A stretch of 64,000 nucleotides of DNA from positions 3,224,001 through 3,288,000 of the forward strand of contig JBLDXI010000013.1 of the NCBI GenBank assembly GCA_047495785.1. The letters are read 5' to 3'. Below the pieces are notes generated by a model that saw nothing but the letters and a program-made list of their open reading frames with translations, made no database searches and was not told the origin of the DNA. Positions 61,186 to 64,000 of this stretch are shown here, one piece after another (positions within the stretch are counted from its first letter, which is position 1; the number at the start of each line of letters is the position of its first letter). The DNA comes from Lepidodermella squamata. Lineage: Eukaryota > Animalia > Gastrotricha. A program made the translations under genes and the position numbers.

Positions 61186-63493
61186 TTAGAATTTGAATTG
61201 TTTATAACGCTTCGAATCCTTGTCGGACGCCGGTTCAGGCTCTTTCGACGACGTCGATTTACGTTTACTGCTGCTTTTCTGCGCCGACTCAGAGCCGCCG
61301 CGGGTCGAGCTGATGCCGCTGTCGCGCTGTTCTCGAAGTGTTCGATCGTAACGAGCCTGCAGCGCTTCTGGCTCCAAATTGTCGAGCTCTTCAGGGTTAA
61401 GCGCGACCTCAACGTCGTTATCACCGCCCTTTTTCGCGTTATTGATGTCGTAAACATGGGTAGTGCCCATAAGACCAGAGCCGACATTCGCCCGCTTTTC
61501 CGGCACGACTTTGTACAGCGCCGGCGTATCACCGCCTTCGCTGATATCCGTGCGTTTTCGCAACTCGAGATCACCCGGGGTTTCGATGCCGCGGCCTGTT
61601 GTTGTGATGGTAGAAGCGACCCCGCTGCCACTTGGGGTGACAAGACCGGCCGGGGTTTCGTACCCGGCGGGCGTTGCCAGCCCGGACTGGTCGATATTCT
61701 TCTCCCGTTCGACAACCATCGGCCGCTCAATGCCCTCATCCTCGTCATCTTCGACCTCTTCCTCTTCTTCCTCCTCATCAAGCTCACCCCAATGCCGGCG
61801 AGACTCGACGTCCTGAAGCTCAAGACCGCCATCAACCGGCATTCCGAGAAGAGTTTGACCGAATACATCACCGTATAACGGCCGACCGAATTCGTCAACG
61901 GGCGGTTTGCCCCATCCACCCGCGTGGTAGCCGAACGCGCAGCCCTCAGGAATTGGCGCGTTCAAACCCGCGATTTTGATATTGGGATAGGAAGGCGGTG
62001 GTCCGTATCGCTGCATGGCAATCAACCATGGCGGCGGGAATTTGTCCTTATTCGGCCCAACTGGCATGCCGAGGGCGACGCGTAATTCATCGGAAAATGT
62101 ACCGGGTTTTTTCTCGCGCAATTTCGTCTCCATTTCCTTACCCTCGTAATACAAATCACCGTGCGAACTCATCGGCGGTTTGGTTTGGTACCGGAAGAAA
62201 GCGTCGTGAAGCTTTTGGTAATCAATCTCAATTTTACCCATTTTCGGCCTCACTTTCTCCCGCATTTTCGCCTTCAACGTCTTCTTATCGTCCTTTTCAA
62301 GAACTGCCTCTCTCATGTCCTGAATACCAGTCATTCGAATACATTCCGGCAACTCGAATGGCGGTTTTACAAAGCCTCGTTTGCCCTGTAAATACTTCCG
62401 CTTCATACACCAATGCCGCGGGACTGGGACTGTATTTCTCGCAGCTTTGAGGTGGAGAAGCAATATAGGGTCGCGAGACGTAACGTCGTGCCATTCTACC
62501 AGATCCGGTCGATTTACAGATTGCTTCAACTGAGCAACTGACATCCTGTTCAATTTTTTCCACTTTTTCTTCGACATTTTCTCTTCATTGGCATTGTCGG
62601 CATCTTCGCCGTCTTTTTCACGCTGGGCGGCTTCAAGGGCTTGCATTTCCGCCATGGCGGCCTTTGCCTTTGGAGCGAGAATTTCGAATTCCTCCGCTTT
62701 TTCTTTCGCCTCGCGAACAGCGTCGTCTTCGTATTCTTTCGCCAGTTTGAAAGTATCGAAAATTCGGGAGAAATGCTGGTAATTCGGGTCGAAAACACTG
62801 AGTGGGATTTCTACGGAATCGTTAACATACTCAATTTCGACTCCCTCGTCATTCGACGATTTCGCCTTGTCTTTTTCAGCCTCAGATTCTTCATTTTTGT
62901 CAGTGCCAGTTTCCGGTTGACGCTTGTTGCTTTTAGCCTTCTTTTTCTTCAGTTTCTTCTTTTTGTTTCGTAATTTTGCTGCAAGGGCCTCTTTCGAATT
63001 TGAAGCCGCATTTTGCACTTCTTCCTCGCCGTCCTCGTCATCATCACTGACTTCAACAGCGCTGTCCGCAGTTTGAGAGACTCCGTTTCCACCTGCACGA
63101 TTGGCCTGGCCTTGATGGCCAAATCTGTCCATATCGCCGCCGCTTTCTCTTGCGCGTAAAACACGCTCGATGGACTGGGGTAGGCGTTCCGCTGGTTCAG
63201 ACTGTTCATCGCCTTCTTCGTATTGTTGCTGTTGTTGATCCCAATGTTGCTGATGGTGCTGTGGGTGAGGATGAGACGGAGGGCGCCCATCGAAAAGCGG
63301 CGGAGGAGCACCGCCACCGGGTGGAAAATGTTGCATCTGCGGCGGAAAATGTTGAGGAGGAAAACGGGGAGGATCTTGAAAATTATAAGTAAATGAATAT
63401 GGACGAACTCGAATTGCTCAACTTACATGGGTGCTGCTGACCAGGTGGGTACCCAGGCTGCCCATAAAATGACCCAGGAGGCAAGCCGGACAT
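61186..63493 (-). CDS. SF3B2: Splicing factor 3B subunit 2 (SAP145/Cus1); intron 63375-63426
   Basis: LKQSVNRPDLVEWHDVT, RNTVPVPRHWC.KRKYLQGKRG, IDYQKLHDAFF, PSP domain PPPWLIAMQRYGPPPSYP, FGYHAGGWGKPPVDE, terminal KYKQFKF-like end (RYKQFKF). Confidence 0.97.
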
Positions 63494-63708
63494 TATTTTT
63501 CAATGGTAAAAACTATGATGAAAAAATAGACCAGTTGATATTTCAAGCCAATTAAATTAGACCAAAAGTTAGTTAGGCAGGAATAAATAATAACAAGCAA
63601 TTATTATGCAAAAAGTCACATGATGCCTCCATAAATAGCCAAATAATAAGTCAAACGAGGATGTGCGAATGAAAGAGAAGTGATTCCGTATATGGAATAA
63701 TAATTAAC

Positions 63709-64000
63709 TCATTTTTTCTTATTCTTATTCCCAGAGCCGAACAGCGAGTTAATAGCGACAGCACCAAGGGCGCCAATCAACACGCCGCCCAGAGCGCCAA
63801 GACCGACAAGCATCCCCGTTTCAATATCTTCGTCGGTTATGCCGGAGGATGATGCATCAGCTGAAGGCTTTGGTTGCGAGCTGCCGTTCGCTTTTCCGCC
63901 TTCTCCCAACGATTTAGGACGCGGATCAACATTTGATGAAAGTCCAATGCCGTAAATGGGATAAATCTGTGCGGCAGTGAGTGGGTGACGGCAAGATGGA
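63709..64000 (-). CDS. 3' part of a tail-anchored RING E3 ligase, RNF5/RNF185-like (5'-truncated)
   Basis: The frame is open to the window edge and reads PSCRHPLTAAQIYPIYGIG...DPRP, resembling the RING end CPVCK...IPLYGRG...DPR of RNF5/185. A C-terminal hydrophobic helix and basic tail follow. Confidence 0.6.
   Translation of the reverse strand, partial: PSCRHPLTAAQIYPIYGIGLSSNVDPRPKSLGEGGKANGSSQPKPSADASSSGITDEDIETGMLVGLGALGGVLIGALGAVAINSLFGSGNKNKKK

Overview
Compact animal (invertebrate) genomic DNA: many short GT-AG introns of about 45-60 nt and no prokaryotic features. The taxon cannot be determined from the sequence. About 58 kb is a tandem-duplication district. It holds eight M14A metallocarboxypeptidase genes, seven orphan Cys-loop (pentameric ligand-gated) channel subunit genes and two highly divergent GABA-B-like class C GPCR genes, one of them nested antisense in a carboxypeptidase intron. 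It also holds two ankyrin-repeat genes (at least one apparently secreted), a Ly6/three-finger gene and four NPC2/ML-domain genes. Housekeeping genes follow (BRD7/9-like, SF3B2, partial RNF5/RNF185-like). Intergenic and intronic DNA contains a decayed Tc1/mariner (DD41D-like) transposase, several MITE/foldback elements, and an inverted-repeat insertion with a 13-bp TSD carrying a Penelope-type minimal hammerhead ribozyme motif. The most notable signals are: (i) all seven channels share an atypical M2 pore motif (Pro/Ala at -1', Glu at 2') and lack the nicotinic loop-C Cys-Cys; (ii) they co-cluster with amino-acid-releasing peptidases, Venus-flytrap GPCRs, lipid carriers and a three-finger protein, which suggests a feeding/chemosensory locus (inference only); (iii) a GPCR gene occupies a paralog-specific intron that splits the zinc-binding HARE motif. 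Exon boundaries were read by eye and may be off by a few bases.
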